A stretch of 64,000 nucleotides of DNA, from assembly GCF_964355755.1 (NCBI RefSeq), contig NC_092677.1, forward strand, positions 456,101 to 520,100. The letters are read 5' to 3'. The notes beneath the pieces were generated by a model that saw only the letters and a list, made by a program, of their open reading frames with translations, searched no databases and was not told the DNA's origin. This DNA comes from Antedon mediterranea (lineage: Eukaryota; Animalia; Echinodermata). Shown here in pieces: positions 23,425 to 36,603 of this stretch (within the stretch, counting starts at the first letter, position 1; each line of letters begins with the position of its first letter). The translations under genes and the position numbers were made by a program.

Positions 23425-26400
23425 CATCCTTGTCATCATTATCATCATCATCATTATCATCATCATTATCATCTTCTTCTTCTCCTCCACTTCTCTCTTT
23501 ACCTAAAGTGATAATCTCCCACATTGTAACACCAAAGGACCATACGTCAGAACTCGTGGAGTATGCGTTGTCTAGGACAGCTTCAGGTGCCATCCAACGA
23601 ATGGGTAGTTGAGGCTACAAAAAAAAAATCAATCACATCAGGGAGATGTAAAATAAATTTAGTCATTGTACAAGTCCCTGCATAGTTCATGTTATGTTAT
23701 CAGTCAGAGGAAAATAGCAGAAGGCTTCCTACTTTCTAGGAGTGTTATCAGGTAATCTATATTGATCACAGTGCTGCTTTTGCCATTTTCCATCTAACTG
23801 TTATATAGATATGTATTTAGAACCCGATTTAGAATAGGTAGATAAATATGAGATCATAACACTATAAACGATCCTCTTCCTATTTGACCGTGAAATTTGC
23901 AAAGGTTGATAGGTATATAATTAATGTACCTGGTTGAGGTCCTCGTAAAGTCCACTTTGTTCCTTAGTATACGCCATTCCAAAGTCAGATAGTTTGCATC
24001 GTTTATCGTAAGTAAGCAGCACGTTCCTTGCTGCCAAATCACGATGGATACACTAGGAAATTAATTGATGTAATTAACTTTTTTTGAAATCGGTCACCTT
24101 ATAATTTAAATATAGACATATTTATTAAGTGTAATGATCTATGTAGTTAGACATTTATTAGTGAAATTCGAATGCGCCCTGACTAGTGACACTGTACATA
24201 TAAATATGTTTATCTACTTGGGATGCGATAACATTTCCAACAAATCAGAACTCAGGAATTTATTCTTGCGAATATATTTTTCTACAAAATAGGCTTCAAG
24301 CTATAAGAAGTTATACTATAAGCAAAACTGAGATTCGAAGAACATTTTTTTAAAGGGCTTTTACCTTTACCATTCCCTGGATCCCACATCTGTTTTATTC
24401 ATTATACGTAACATTTACCTGTATGGACGCCAGGTATGACATAGCCCTAGAAATCTGCCAAGCAAATGACGTCAAATCATCAGCGTTTGGCTGAGTGAGG
24501 GCGACAGGCGCGATATTGACAACTTCATAGGCGGCGTCATCATCATATTCTTGATGAACTTTTGGTACTGATAAAATATTTTTGGATTTGCGAGATTTGA
24601 ATAAGTAGTCTCGTAGATTTCCATAAGCTGCATATTCCAGAACAATGTATAGTGGATCTAAAAGAAAAATAGAGATTTGTTTCTAACTTGGGCGCAACGC
24701 AATCTAATTAAGATATCTTTAGTTAATGGAAATTTTATTTCAAATGTTGGGTTGAAAGTGCCTTACTTTTGCATTTGTCATATTGATAACTTTAACTTAA
24801 CAATTCTGCAATAATGTTTTTACGAAGCTAAAATATATTATTACCTTCCATTGTACAACAGCCAATTAGTTCTATAATGTTAGGATGTTTGCTAAATGTT
24901 TTCATCAAACTTAATTCATCTTGGAATCTGAACTTTTCTGAGTTATTGCAATTTTCTAAAAAGAGAATTGATAGAAATGAAATTATGTCAATATGCCAGA
25001 TTCCTTACCTTAGTTTTATTTAAAATAAACAACTGTTATATTGATAGGGTTAAAGGTACTAGTGGGGAAGTCTAATGTAATTCGGTGAGATTTTATTGTT
25101 CAAATCGAGTGGAGAAAATTTGGAATAGGCCTACTTGGAACTATTAGAATTCATTGCAATTAGACCCTATTTTGGCTGCCATCTTAGATTTCAAAATTGT
25201 GCTTATTTAAACTTATTAGTATAAACATGTGGACAAGTTTTATAATTGGTTATTTGTTTTTACTTTTGATGGTTTTGACAGCAACCGTAGTTTTACTCTT
25301 TTTACCCTTGCGGTAAAACTCAGCTCGTATCACCTTTCCAAAAAATCCTTCTCCTAAAACATCTTTTAACACCAATTTGTTTCGAGCTATTTCCCAGGAA
25401 TCCGTTTTTGCTGATCTGTTTCTCATGCTCATGATTGAAATAAGTGTCTAGTCGATATAAAATAAGAAAAAAATGTATAAAGTTTGCATCATAATAGGCT
25501 GAGGCGTATGTTGTTTAGGAGGGATAGAGTCGGGCTAGTATTGAGTGAGTGAGTGGCCGAGCGGTTAAGACAACCGTAATTACGTAGCCATAACATCGGC
25601 AAGGGTTCGAGGCTCACTCACTCCATGGTTCTGGTGGTAGAACGAGTCTTCTCGGATAAGGACTATAAACCGTAGGTCCAGTGTACACAACTAGCTCGTG
25701 TGCACTTTAAAGAACCTAGTACATCTTTCGAGACGAGTAGGGGGTTACCCCGGTGTATTAGTACATCACAGCCACTGATCACCAACTGGGTCCTCTGGGA
25801 GATCAGTCTTTGACTGAAGAGGTCACCCAGTATAAAAATGAACAAACAAACAAACATTGAAAAAGTACTTTATTGAAATCGCTGAAGTATTAGATGCTTT
25901 CATGTAATTGATGTCATCTGTATTGATCATTCTTTATAAACGTAGATTAAAAAAAATTGATCAGGCTACGTTTTTAGCTAATAATTATTTTGTAAATTAC
26001 AGTAATTTTTAAAAATAGAAATTATACCTACCTCCTGCCTTGGTGGTAAGGGTTTGTTACTGGAAGAAAATATATCAGTTATTTAAAATGTATTTGGACT
26101 GAGTTTGTAATAGAGTATAGTAAACTTAGTAATTCAGTTCGATCGAATAGATTGAAAATAGCATTACTATTCTAAATACAAAAATACATGTTATGTGACA
26201 ACAGAATGTGAAGTGCCCATGTATGGACATGTCACTATCATTATTTGGGAATATCACTACCATATTTGGGCACATCACACTTTGTGTCAAACTAGTTTAA
26301 TATATATTATCATTTCTTAACATAAAATATTGAAAACTACAAATGGAACAATAAACATATATAAAAATGTACCTTTTGGTTCGATGTCGGCGTTTATCTG

Positions 26401-29069
26401 CAAACAAATAATATCAAATAATTAAAATACGAATTATTAACATTTTGCTCATGAGTGGGCGAGATGATTATGACAAGAAGTTTGGTAATTGACAATAAAA
26501 CTAAGACATTTTATAGGTCTCAAAATATACATGTCATAATCAATAATATTAATTGTATGTATCTCGTTTTCATGGTACGAGGCCTATTATAGGCCTACGT
26601 TACACAATTATAAAAACATCATTCGATGTGAGCTACTGTATGACTTAGTATTTAGCCATGGTATTAGATATTATCAATACATCATTCGATGTGAGCTACT
26701 GTGTGACTTGGTATTTAGCCATGGTATTAGATATTATACCAAAATATTTTGTCACACACTTACTTAAGTAATACATGACTAGAATCACACATAATGCTGT
26801 AGCGATGCACGAACAAATAACAATGATAAACACCTCACCCATTGTTAATGCTGATGTTAGTACTGTAAAAAAGATAATAATATAAATTGTCTCATATAAG
26901 TTTGGTTGGTATAAGAATGAAGGCCATCATAATAGTATACATGAAAAATAGTATTATTATCATTATTATACATTATTGTTTTTAAACTCACTATCTACAT
27001 AGACTTCTACCGTCTCTCTATTCCTTCCAAGAGAATTGTTCACAACAAATGTGTAGTTTGTCAAAAGTCCCGTGTCTGATTTGTGGAAAAACAGTTCCAA
27101 ATATGGATTTGTCTCGCCTTCGATGACGTCACCATCGCTATCTAACCACTGGTACGTTCCGGATGGTTCAGCGTCAAATTCGAATTCAAGGAGATACGTT
27201 TCATAGGGATAGACAATGACTGGTTTTAATGGGTAAATCTTAGGAGCAACTGGAGGCAAAATCAGAAAAGTTAAGTTTTTAGAAAATGACAAATATACTT
27301 TGACAGATCGACAGAGGGCGTGCTATTTAATATACCGGCCCGTATTTAAGATAAAGATAACTCGAGATTTTAATAAACGTACTGTAACCAATAGGCCTAT
27401 ATATTTTCCTGAAAATCAATATAGGCATAATGGTCTGTAAGAATATACCCGTCAAGACGATAGTTTGAAATTTGTAGACGTACGTCATGTTGCAAGTGAC
27501 AAAGTACATACAAGCATTATATCATTATACAGTATATTAAAAATAATAATAAGTAGTATTGCAAAAACAATATAAAAAAATTGTTTACAAAATAATTTTT
27601 TTTTTAAATTTAATTTCAAAACATATACGTAACAAGATAACAGAAAAAAGGGATTGCAGGTGATTTTATCAAGTATATCTTTTATTTGATACTCACAAAT
27701 CACCGTTAAATTATAGGAATCGGAGAAATGTTGCTCAATTCCATTATCGGCCAAACAACGGTAATCTCCTGTATCTTCCTTCTCCGCATTAGTAATCCAC
27801 ATACCATTATAAGCATCGTAGTATCTGTTTTGGTCCGGAATCATTTCTCGAGAACCTTTCCAAACAGTAAAATTAGCTTTGGGATAGCTTGATTGTACGA
27901 AACAGGAAAATTTAGTAGTTTTTCCAATTTCAACTCTGTTTGGGTTTATTTCCATAGTTACAGGTAAAGCAAAATCTGAAAGAAAGAATGTAAACCAGTT
28001 AATGTGTGTAAGTGCAGGCTATATAAGGATTGTTGGTATAATAATTAATACTTACAAGCATACACAATAGTTTGTGTATACAATTCTTTATATCAAACCA
28101 ATTGTGTAAAATACGAAAATATATGGTAAATACCTTCTTGCCATATTGTTAATTACAAACCAGATGAACATTTACAATCATACTATATTTATCGAAACTT
28201 TTGCCAGATCTACACACATTCAACATTCATGATTTGTTGTCGAAAACACATTATAGCAAGAATAGGCCCTTACTGTAATTGACGTCACATTAAAAATGAT
28301 ATTTTGTAGATTATGTTGAAATAATGTTATAATAGCTATCAATCATACGTCAGTTCTTGTTTCAAACATGTAAGTTATGACTTGATTTGAATGAAATCTT
28401 GTTTGTGAATAAATTACCTCAAACACACAAAAAAAATAAAAAATTGAATACTGTAATCTTTGACGTTGTTACATTAAAAATGATATTTTGTAGATCCTAT
28501 TGAATGATTTAAAGTGTAATTTTAGTATCAAATCAGGCACAATGTACTCCAAAATAGTAATTTTATGCCAATACTTACGAATAACAGTAAAATTTGTGGT
28601 TTTATTATCCTCAATACTATTTATGGAACTCTTGACTTGACATTTGTATTGTCCAGCATCATATCTGGACACATTGTAGATAAGCAAAGTTGCTGAATCT
28701 ATGATGTCATAACGTGTTTTATCTATAATGATTCCAGAACCGTTGTCGTCTATGTCCGGTTCTGAAGCTACAATGAAATAGAAATTCCCAATTCGAGTGT
28801 ACCAGATAATATCAACATTGTCTGTATAATTTTCCAATGTGTAGTTACAGAATAGTTGGGCGTTTTCCCCTTCTACGGCAGTTACATAATCGGAGATAAC
28901 AACTGTGATCAATTGGTCTGAAAGAAAAATATTTAATTATTAGTAAGCGCCCTTTACAACATAATGTCTTTGAACCGATTAAAAAATATCACACTTATTA
29001 GTTTGTCTTACCTTGACAGTGTATTTGATTGTAAGTAGTAACTATTATGAAAAATGACAATAATTTCAT
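21952..29069 (-). CDS. Receptor tyrosine kinase, 3 Ig domains + TM + FGFR/RET-like kinase + repetitive acidic tail; exons 29069-29012, 28917-28579, 27975-27697, 27249-26992, 26862-26764, 26397-26373, 26059-26032, 25447-25264, 24955-24845, 24657-24419, 24052-23930, 23614-23503, 23212-23116, 22901-22802, 22617-21952
   Basis: All 15 exons join in phase. Kinase motifs: [139 protein letters not shown]. Confidence 0.93.
22225..22540 (-). repeat. Coding 75-bp (25-aa) tandem repeat, ~4 copies, in the RTK C-terminal exon
   Basis: aggccgatgtccctgtgtg at 22246, 22321, 22396 and 22471; peptide unit [23 protein letters not shown](S/N)Y. Confidence 0.95.
22937..23076. repeat. Intronic tandem duplication (~66 bp x2)
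   Basis: cattgcaag(g/a)tataatgtgtggcgaagtttatta...aatccataatca occurs twice. Confidence 0.85.
23272..23473. repeat. (ATC/ATT)n microsatellite in RTK intron
   Basis: Trinucleotide run; source of the poly-Asp, poly-Met and poly-Ser pseudo-ORFs. Confidence 0.95.
23701..23802. mobile_element. MITE family C copy (second copy at about 41880-42014)
   Basis: aggaaaat(a/g)gca(g/a)aaggcttcctactttctagga...ttttgccattt is shared by introns of two different genes and has inverted ends. Confidence 0.65.
25543..25855 (+). mobile_element. tRNA-derived SINE with Deu/Nin-like central domain and (AAAC)n tail
   Basis: A-box tggccgagcgg, B-box ggttcgaggc, acceptor-stem pairing gagtgagtg/cactcactc followed by ca. 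Central tcggataaggactataaaccg...taaagaacc...ttcga...gagtagggg...ccccggtgt resembles the Deu/Nin consensus as I recall it. Possible attga TSD. Confidence 0.85.
26616..26738. repeat. Intronic tandem duplication (~62 bp x2)
   Basis: acatcattcgatgtgagctactg...ggtattagatattat occurs twice. Confidence 0.85.
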
Positions 29070-29115
29070 TGGATTCTGTGGATGATAAAAAAAAGAGAAA
29101 AAAGCCTTACAAAAC

Positions 29116-29200
29116 TGAAACATACCGAAATATACCGAAACATTCCGAAACATACCGAAACATACCGAAATAAACACCGAAACATACAGAAATATACTGA
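29116..29200. repeat. 10-bp minisatellite (accgaaacat)n
   Basis: About 7 degenerate copies. Confidence 0.85.
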
Positions 29201-31879
29201 ATTTATTAAGGATTATGTCTATCTTGATAATATATTGCTTAATTGACTTTCGAATGTCAATTTTGTAAAAATGAAAATGATATTTCTCTCATGAATTCCT
29301 AAATTGTACTGTACTCTCGTGCTTTTAACTTGTATCAACTTAATTTGATAGAAAACGCTCTTTCACATACGTTTGATATTCTATTCTTTAATTATAAACT
29401 GAAAGCAGTAGACATACGATGATTGACAACACAAATTAACTTCGCTTATTACCACCGTAAAGCACATCATCTTTGGTTAACTTCACATTTTAATTACTAA
29501 GTCGTTTGCTTAAGTTTAATCATTATCATTCAATCTTAGTTTATTGTTTGTGTACTTAAAGCAGTGAAAGTTGATAATCGTTGAAAGATGAAAGATTACT
29601 ATTACATTTGGTAATCAATGCGTCTAATAAACCGGTTACAATATTACCGTCAAGGCGCATGGTAATCTGTGTTCGTGTGTAGATGCGACGCTTGTAGCCC
29701 TAACTTAAGATCTTTATTAAGGTTTCTTGAGTACACATATTATCACATCATTTAAACAGTTAGTTTGTACATTGAATGAGTGATTAATTATCAACATTGT
29801 GTTTTAATAATATGAACTCTTACAGAATTATGAAATTGCAAATGTATGAAAAGCATAGACGTGCATTTGAAAATGTACCTTCATATTTAAACATGTCACC
29901 CATTTTCAGGTAGGGTTTGTGAGAAGAGTGTTTAATAGCAAATTCTAAATAAGAAATATTATCCAGTCGTATCCAGGCATTTAAAACATTTTTAGTCATT
30001 TTAAAGGCACAAAATATCCAGATATTAGAAACACTGATCCAAATCATTCAATAATTTAAAATTCATTGGAATTTCTAATTCCAAGGTATAACATGGGTCC
30101 TCATAGGTCGAATGGTACTGTCGAATTATCACAATATAAACACTAGTATTTTGATGGTTAACAAATAGCAACACTTGGTACGTTAGATCACAAACACACA
30201 CAAACTATGTCGCTGTCTGTATTGCAAAATTAAATCATTATTGTTCGATCTTATTTAAGTTAATCGATATCCTCACATTGTAGTGATCGCAAAAACAATT
30301 CATTTAACCTACCTTTAATCTCTCCATTTTCCCAATAAGTAACTTCATCCAGTTATTTATTATTTATAACTCCAATAAATAGTTCAAATCAAAGTGACCT
30401 TTAGTATCTCGTGAATAATTGCATCGTTATCTATGTATAATAAAGGGCGTATATGCCTCCCCTTACTGTATATAATCGCCAAATCTGAGTCGTGTATGGT
30501 TCCCTCTAGTCCAAATGTTTATTTTAATTGTACACCGTACTTGTTCACATTTTTAGTGGATTTACAGAATACGTTATTTCAGTACTTTAATACCAACAAT
30601 TTTATAATTTCCAATCTATTTCCATTAAATTATGTTGAAAAGTTGGTATAATGATTTAAGTATGTTACTTAGCGGGCGCACATCATTTTTTGGTAGTTAT
30701 CACAACTGGCTTTAGAAAGCTTTCCTTCGGGCATGCGTCCTTCAGCCATTCTAATATCGAGTATACTAATTATTATTGTTCCAAATAAAATGTACTTACC
30801 GTTTGATAAATTTAACGACTAAAATCAGTTTGAAACATGCAGCCCTAGATTTGTAGCAATCTTTGTTTTAAATAGGATAAATATTATTTTATCAACATGT
30901 TTATTTCTATTAGAAATTTGATATAAGCCGATAGAGTATTATTTCATCAACATATTTATTTTATTATCCATCTGATATCTATTTATCAAGAAATTTCTGC
31001 TATAAATAATACAATAATCCATTTTTATTTATTTTAATATATAATTATGGTAAAATCGGTATGGCGTAAAATTATAAATAGAGCTTTGGTTCGAATCGCA
31101 TGTATAATACTTAATTAAGTCACGTAGTATAGTCAGTATATTACAACAGTAAATAAATTGCTTGTCTTGCGCATGTGTTATTGAAAAAGATCATAGTAGA
31201 GTTTTTGCAACAGAAGGAAATCGATCGATTGAAACAAATATAATGAGTGTTAGTCTGTAGTCATTGCATAAATATTTGTAGAATAAATCATTCTTTGAAC
31301 AGGTGATGCTAAAGTTCACCAACATAATACTTAATCCACTCAGCTGTTAATAAGCCTGGTAGTATGATAATTAGACTGCTACAAACGAAATAATCCGGCG
31401 ACGTCTTTTTTGTGGCCCGTACTCCGCACGGCCTAGCATCGTTATTCTCGATCTTTTCAATTTTATCGAGGGACTTAATTTTTAGATGGACGTTCTTGGA
31501 TCTTGATGCTGTACGGTAAGTTGAATGCAAAGTTAAATATTATGTTTATTGTATAATTATAGATTTATAAATCAAGATATCATTATCCCTAGGTAATATG
31601 CATATTCATTTGTACTGCTGTATACATAATAGCAAAAACTCCTCAAACCACAGAGATATTATAAAAAGCATTAGAATATCTTGTATTGTTCGTTGTTATC
31701 TAAGAATTCTGGAAAAACCAAAAATCAAATACAACATCTTTATAATTAATTAAGTCACACACATAATTCATTTAGCCCACCATAGTGTTTTTGTTCAAAA
31801 TCATAAAGTGGAATAATAAGACGCATTATCAGTAGGTTTGAAGATCTAATCTACATTTTTATTTGATTTTACAGGGAAC

Positions 31880-34800
31880 ATGCGACGACGTATGCTTTAT
31901 TTAATGGTCTTGTTGATGGCAGCTGTAGGTGCGTAATTCATTTTCTATTTGGCCTAGTTCTGTATTTTTTAAAAACATCTTTTAAAAACATCTTTTAAGA
32001 TGCTTTAAAACATTGAGTAGTCAAAGCTAATAGGCTTAGGTACGGTATTTAAATGCATTGTGTATATAGTTATTCTATAAGTGACATCTCTGTACAACGA
32101 TATAAGCCGTAATAATTAAATATGTGAATAATATGATGGAAAAAAATATTTCACCACGAAATATACAATTACTATACTATATAGAACTATATTATCTTCA
32201 TTATTGTTATTATTTGTAGAGTAATAAGGTTTGGTAGAATTAATTGTAAACCATATTGATAATTAATTTAACAGTTTTTGACATGTTGTTATTAGCGCAC
32301 ATACTAAGAATCACAGTCTAATGGACTTAAGTCGATTGGAACAATCAATTACAAACGTCATGGTTTTATTTCTTACGATCAGTTGCTAACAAAATTTACA
32401 GCAGTTTAATTGCACATCGCATTTCTTATCGTACACTGCGACCTATATTTAACTAGTGTAGTTTAACTATTAAATATATACAGCTCCCACATGGCGTATA
32501 AAAACGATACAAAAAATCTAAAACATCACAAAACTCTATGGTTGTAGTGTAATAATCATAATTAATGTTACTGTTTTCGTCTTTCTAAATTCGTCCAATC
32601 TTTAGTCTTTTCACCAATATTATTATTATTTTCATTATTATCTATCATCCTGATTCTGACGAAGTTGCGTCATCATTTAAAGAAGAACCAAATTGATTTT
32701 CTTTGTAGAAATTTATTCCGACTTAAACACCAAAACAAATTCAACCCAACAAGCTTTAGAGGGTGCAAACACGACCTTAGTCTGTACGTTCACACCAGAG
32801 GACGGTATTGACATAACATGGAGTATTATTGATGAAAGTGATGTACCGGTATATAATGGCAAACTGTTAATATCCAGAAATGAAGTATTATTCAAACGAT
32901 ATGATCTAGTTGATCAAGCTAGTTTGTTGATTAGCAATGTTCGACAAAGTGACGCTGGTACCTATGTGTGTAGCATCTACAGCTCAGCTGATAAACTGTC
33001 GTATTCGTCACCAGTTACACTGAATGTCTTGTGTAAGTATTATATTATTGCTAAATGCACGCACACCGTTTTACTCTGTGTTTTATGTATCTCATGTTTA
33101 ATTGTATGCGATGTTTTACTGGTGAAACAAAGCTGTTTGTATGGAATTGAAGTTATACACTTGCGAATGATTGACCCAGAAAATGTATTAACTTGTGTAT
33201 TAATGGTCTACGGTATATTTTCAGAAGATGGGACGACATACATTATTTATTAGAGTTAGACCTATAACATACCAATAAAGAAGACGTAATGTTTTGGTAT
33301 ATTTTGGAAAATACTAAATGAATAATATAACAATTTGTTACACAAATCTATACACATTAAATAGGGATAGAGAAGCCGCATATTGAGTTACCTAGCAGCA
33401 CGATCAGTGAGGGTGAAGTTGCCACTCTTGTTTGTTCCACGTCCGCTAACCCTACTGCAACCTACAAGTGGCTTCGTGAAGGTTATAAAATCCAGTCGAA
33501 TCATCCTAGATATGTCCAGTCGTCTACAACTGGCGTGCTAACTGTATACCACGCAGGTTATGAAGACTTTACATCGTTTTCGTGTATGGCGTCAAATTCG
33601 GCTGGATCGAAGACTAGCGAAGAAGTAATATTGAACGTACATTGTATGTCTATCGCACTAATTAAGCCATCTCATTAAGTCTCTCACTAATTACGTCATC
33701 TCATTTCGATCTATTAGATTCAATCTGGCAAACCACCAGTATCGTCATCAATAATCATTATGTCATTAATGTTAACATTGAACATTCATTTCAGCTTCAG
33801 CAGGATTAAGAAACCACGTATGCAAACTTTCACTACAATCTCATTTATTATTTTACTTCTACGCTCTTAGCTTGTCTAACTGTGCCTAATTAAGATTTAC
33901 AATCAGCAACCTTTCTACTTATTTCCAGAGCTTTGCAATATTTCACTTTGCTAAAACTGTCATGTTGTTGACAATGAGAAATGTCTTCTTTTGTCCTACA
34001 ATATTGTATTGTCCTTTCTTTTGCTCATTTCTTGATCATTGTTTGTTTTTGGTAAATCTAACTGCAGATTCATACGGCACTCACCGTTTTCACAGGCTAC
34101 ATTTTTGGCACATGTTGCTCCCATTGATTAATTCATTTTATAAACATTGCATTTACTATTTTTTAGCCTAAAACTCGTCTCAACAGTGCTTTACCATTTC
34201 ATCGCCTCTGCTTAAATTGGGTAAATGATGGTTCTCGACCACGCACTCCCACCCTCTCCACTTGACAAGAATTTACTTAGATGTGTTTATAATAATATTT
34301 TTCCAAATTCTAAACTATAAATAAAATAGATCTATTGATTACATCGGTTGTTAATGATTGTCTTACCCTGAACAATTACGTGGACTCTTAACATTCGACA
34401 TGTTGCAAATAGTTGAATAAAATAAATTTCTTTTCTGAACATCCTTGTATCTTTACAATTACTATTATTGTCCATGCATAATCGTTCCAATAGGCCTATT
34501 CATCATCGTTCCAATAGGCCTATTCATAATCGTTCCAATAGGCCTATTCATCATAGGTAACTCAGATTGGTGAGAACCTATAATTTTTCAAACTAGACTA
34601 AAGTTGTAGCGTACCATACTGACTCTTGTTTCTTCTTACAGATATTCCTAGATTCTCAATTAGGAAACAAGGAAACTCCATACGATGTATTCCATATGGA
34701 AACCCTGCAATAGATCAGGTAGAGTACTACATTAATGGTACCAAGCAACCAGACTTAGAACAAGTTACAATTGATGAACGATTTTGTAATCTAGTTACGT

Positions 34801-35943
34801 GTTCGGCTGAAAACGTTGCCGGAAATGGAAATAGAACTGAATTGTACTGCCCAACAGGTATGTTTGTATTCTAATAAGAAACATACTTTATCATCATCTA
34901 CCATCTGAGGTCCATGACACTCTTATTCCTACATACTTCTCTATTGCTTCTTCTTTTAGTTCAGAATATGTATTATTATTTTTTAATCTATAGAATAGAT
35001 ACCCTCATCTTATTTTTCAGTCATACAGTATCTTCCTTCTATCATGATTTTCAACAATCTCTTCTTCTTCTCTACTTCTATTAAGAGAACGCCAACTTTC
35101 TATAAACCCTTACACCGGTAATGCCTACAATACTTGTGTGTTACATTAGACTATAATTATATAAAGTTTGCAGTACGTTTGTTTTGTAGTTGAGTATTGA
35201 CTTTAACAGTTTTCTTTAGAAACTCATACGGGTGTACTGCAAACTTTCCATCGTCATTATAAATTGTTTTTGTTTTAATCCTAACAATATGTATTTTATT
35301 TCTTTTCAGTAAAGACTGCACCCGAGAAACCCAAAGGTAAGTTTTAACTGAAGCTACATATCACCTCATTTTTATATTGGTCGACCAGCAATGGTACACA
35401 CAACTAAATGTGAAGTAGTAATATGGTAGGGCTTACTAAAAGGTGATGAGCAATGAGCAATTTTCCGCGGTACAGCAGCAAAAGAAAATGCCTAAAGGTT
35501 GTTTTTCTAGAGGATCCAAATTGTAAATGTTTCATTTTATTATTAGATCTTGGTAACCAGACGCTTGTTGGTGTTCTGACGTCAATCTTGATATTCTTGT
35601 CTTTATCTGTTGTTATGGTAATAGTCTACCTCGCTTTGCGACCCGGCCCAGGTAAGATAAAACTACTATTTTATCATATGCTTTATAATATATGTCCAAT
35701 AATTATTGAATACTTGTTAATTAAGTTATATTATCATTTAATTTTAAGATTTTGAACAGAAAGAAGGACGATATGATGATCTATTCGACGGACCGTCGCC
35801 AGTAAGTCGTATATAACTAATTATACGTATTTTACTGTATGGAACTTTGTGTGTGGGATCAGCCATATTTGTACATAATACATAAGCAATTTTGTCTACA
35901 TCGTAAGAAATACGATGACGTCATCCTCTCAACGATAACATAA
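31880..35943 (+). CDS. IgSF receptor 3: signal, V, I, short 4-Cys Ig-like domain, TM, short Tyr tail; exons 31880-31928, 32709-33032, 33365-33643, 34642-34857, 35310-35336, 35547-35651, 35749-35801, 35908-35943 (tail exons uncertain)
   Basis: MRRRMLYLMVLLMAAV signal; DAGTYVC V domain; second domain WIEKPHIE..LVCSTSANPTATYKW..FSCMASN (missed by the ORF track); TM LVGVLTSILIFLSLSVVMVIVYLAL. Confidence 0.85.
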
Positions 35944-36603
35944 TGATATTGAGTTTATACAGCTGAAATGGCACTATTTCTTGGACGATGTCCACAGACT
36001 CTTTTAAAACAGGAGAAAATGTTCGTTTATGTTTTATAAATGAATTAACTTTCAGTTGGTTAATTTTATCAACAGATAAAGTAAGTCTTAGAAGCCTTAT
36101 TTTGTAAGTTTACACAGAAGCACTGTGCAATATGGGTGCATAAACATTAAAGTAATTGTTTAATTTACAGTACTATGGTGAAGACATAGTAAATGTAAAT
36201 TCTTTTAAATGAAATACATTTTTTTTAGATGTAAATTCGTTTAATTGTTAGTTTGTGTGTGAAATTATGTAACTTTTTTCAATAAATTATACTACATTCT
36301 GTTGTAGCTGGTTTTCTTTGTCGTTATAATCATAATAAATAATTTATATTGAGTCAATCGGAGAAAAATATTTATTTGAATCGCACTCGCTTCCTGTAAA
36401 CTTTAAACTTGTTAAAACTATGAAACGCGGTTCCCGTAATAAAATAAACATTTATAATGCCACGATTATTAACATACAAATAGCACATGTTAGAGTAATG
36501 TACTACGCTGGTTTTGTTTGACTTGTGCACTTTGGAACCAAATGTTGAATGTAGTCAGCAGTCTGTACTCAATCAGTTCAAGATTCGAATGTAACCGTCA
36601 ACA

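Noticed and set aside
23249-23500. Poly-Asp, poly-Met and poly-Ser ORFs
   Set aside because: Read-through of a kinase exon into an intronic (ATC)n microsatellite; the real donor is at 23502.
25543-25625. tRNA gene
   Set aside because: The anticodon arm is not canonical and the sequence continues into a SINE body and tail.
21952-29069. Assigning the symbol FGFR or RET
   Set aside because: It lacks the FGFR acid box and YY loop and the RET cadherin domains; orthology needs a phylogeny.
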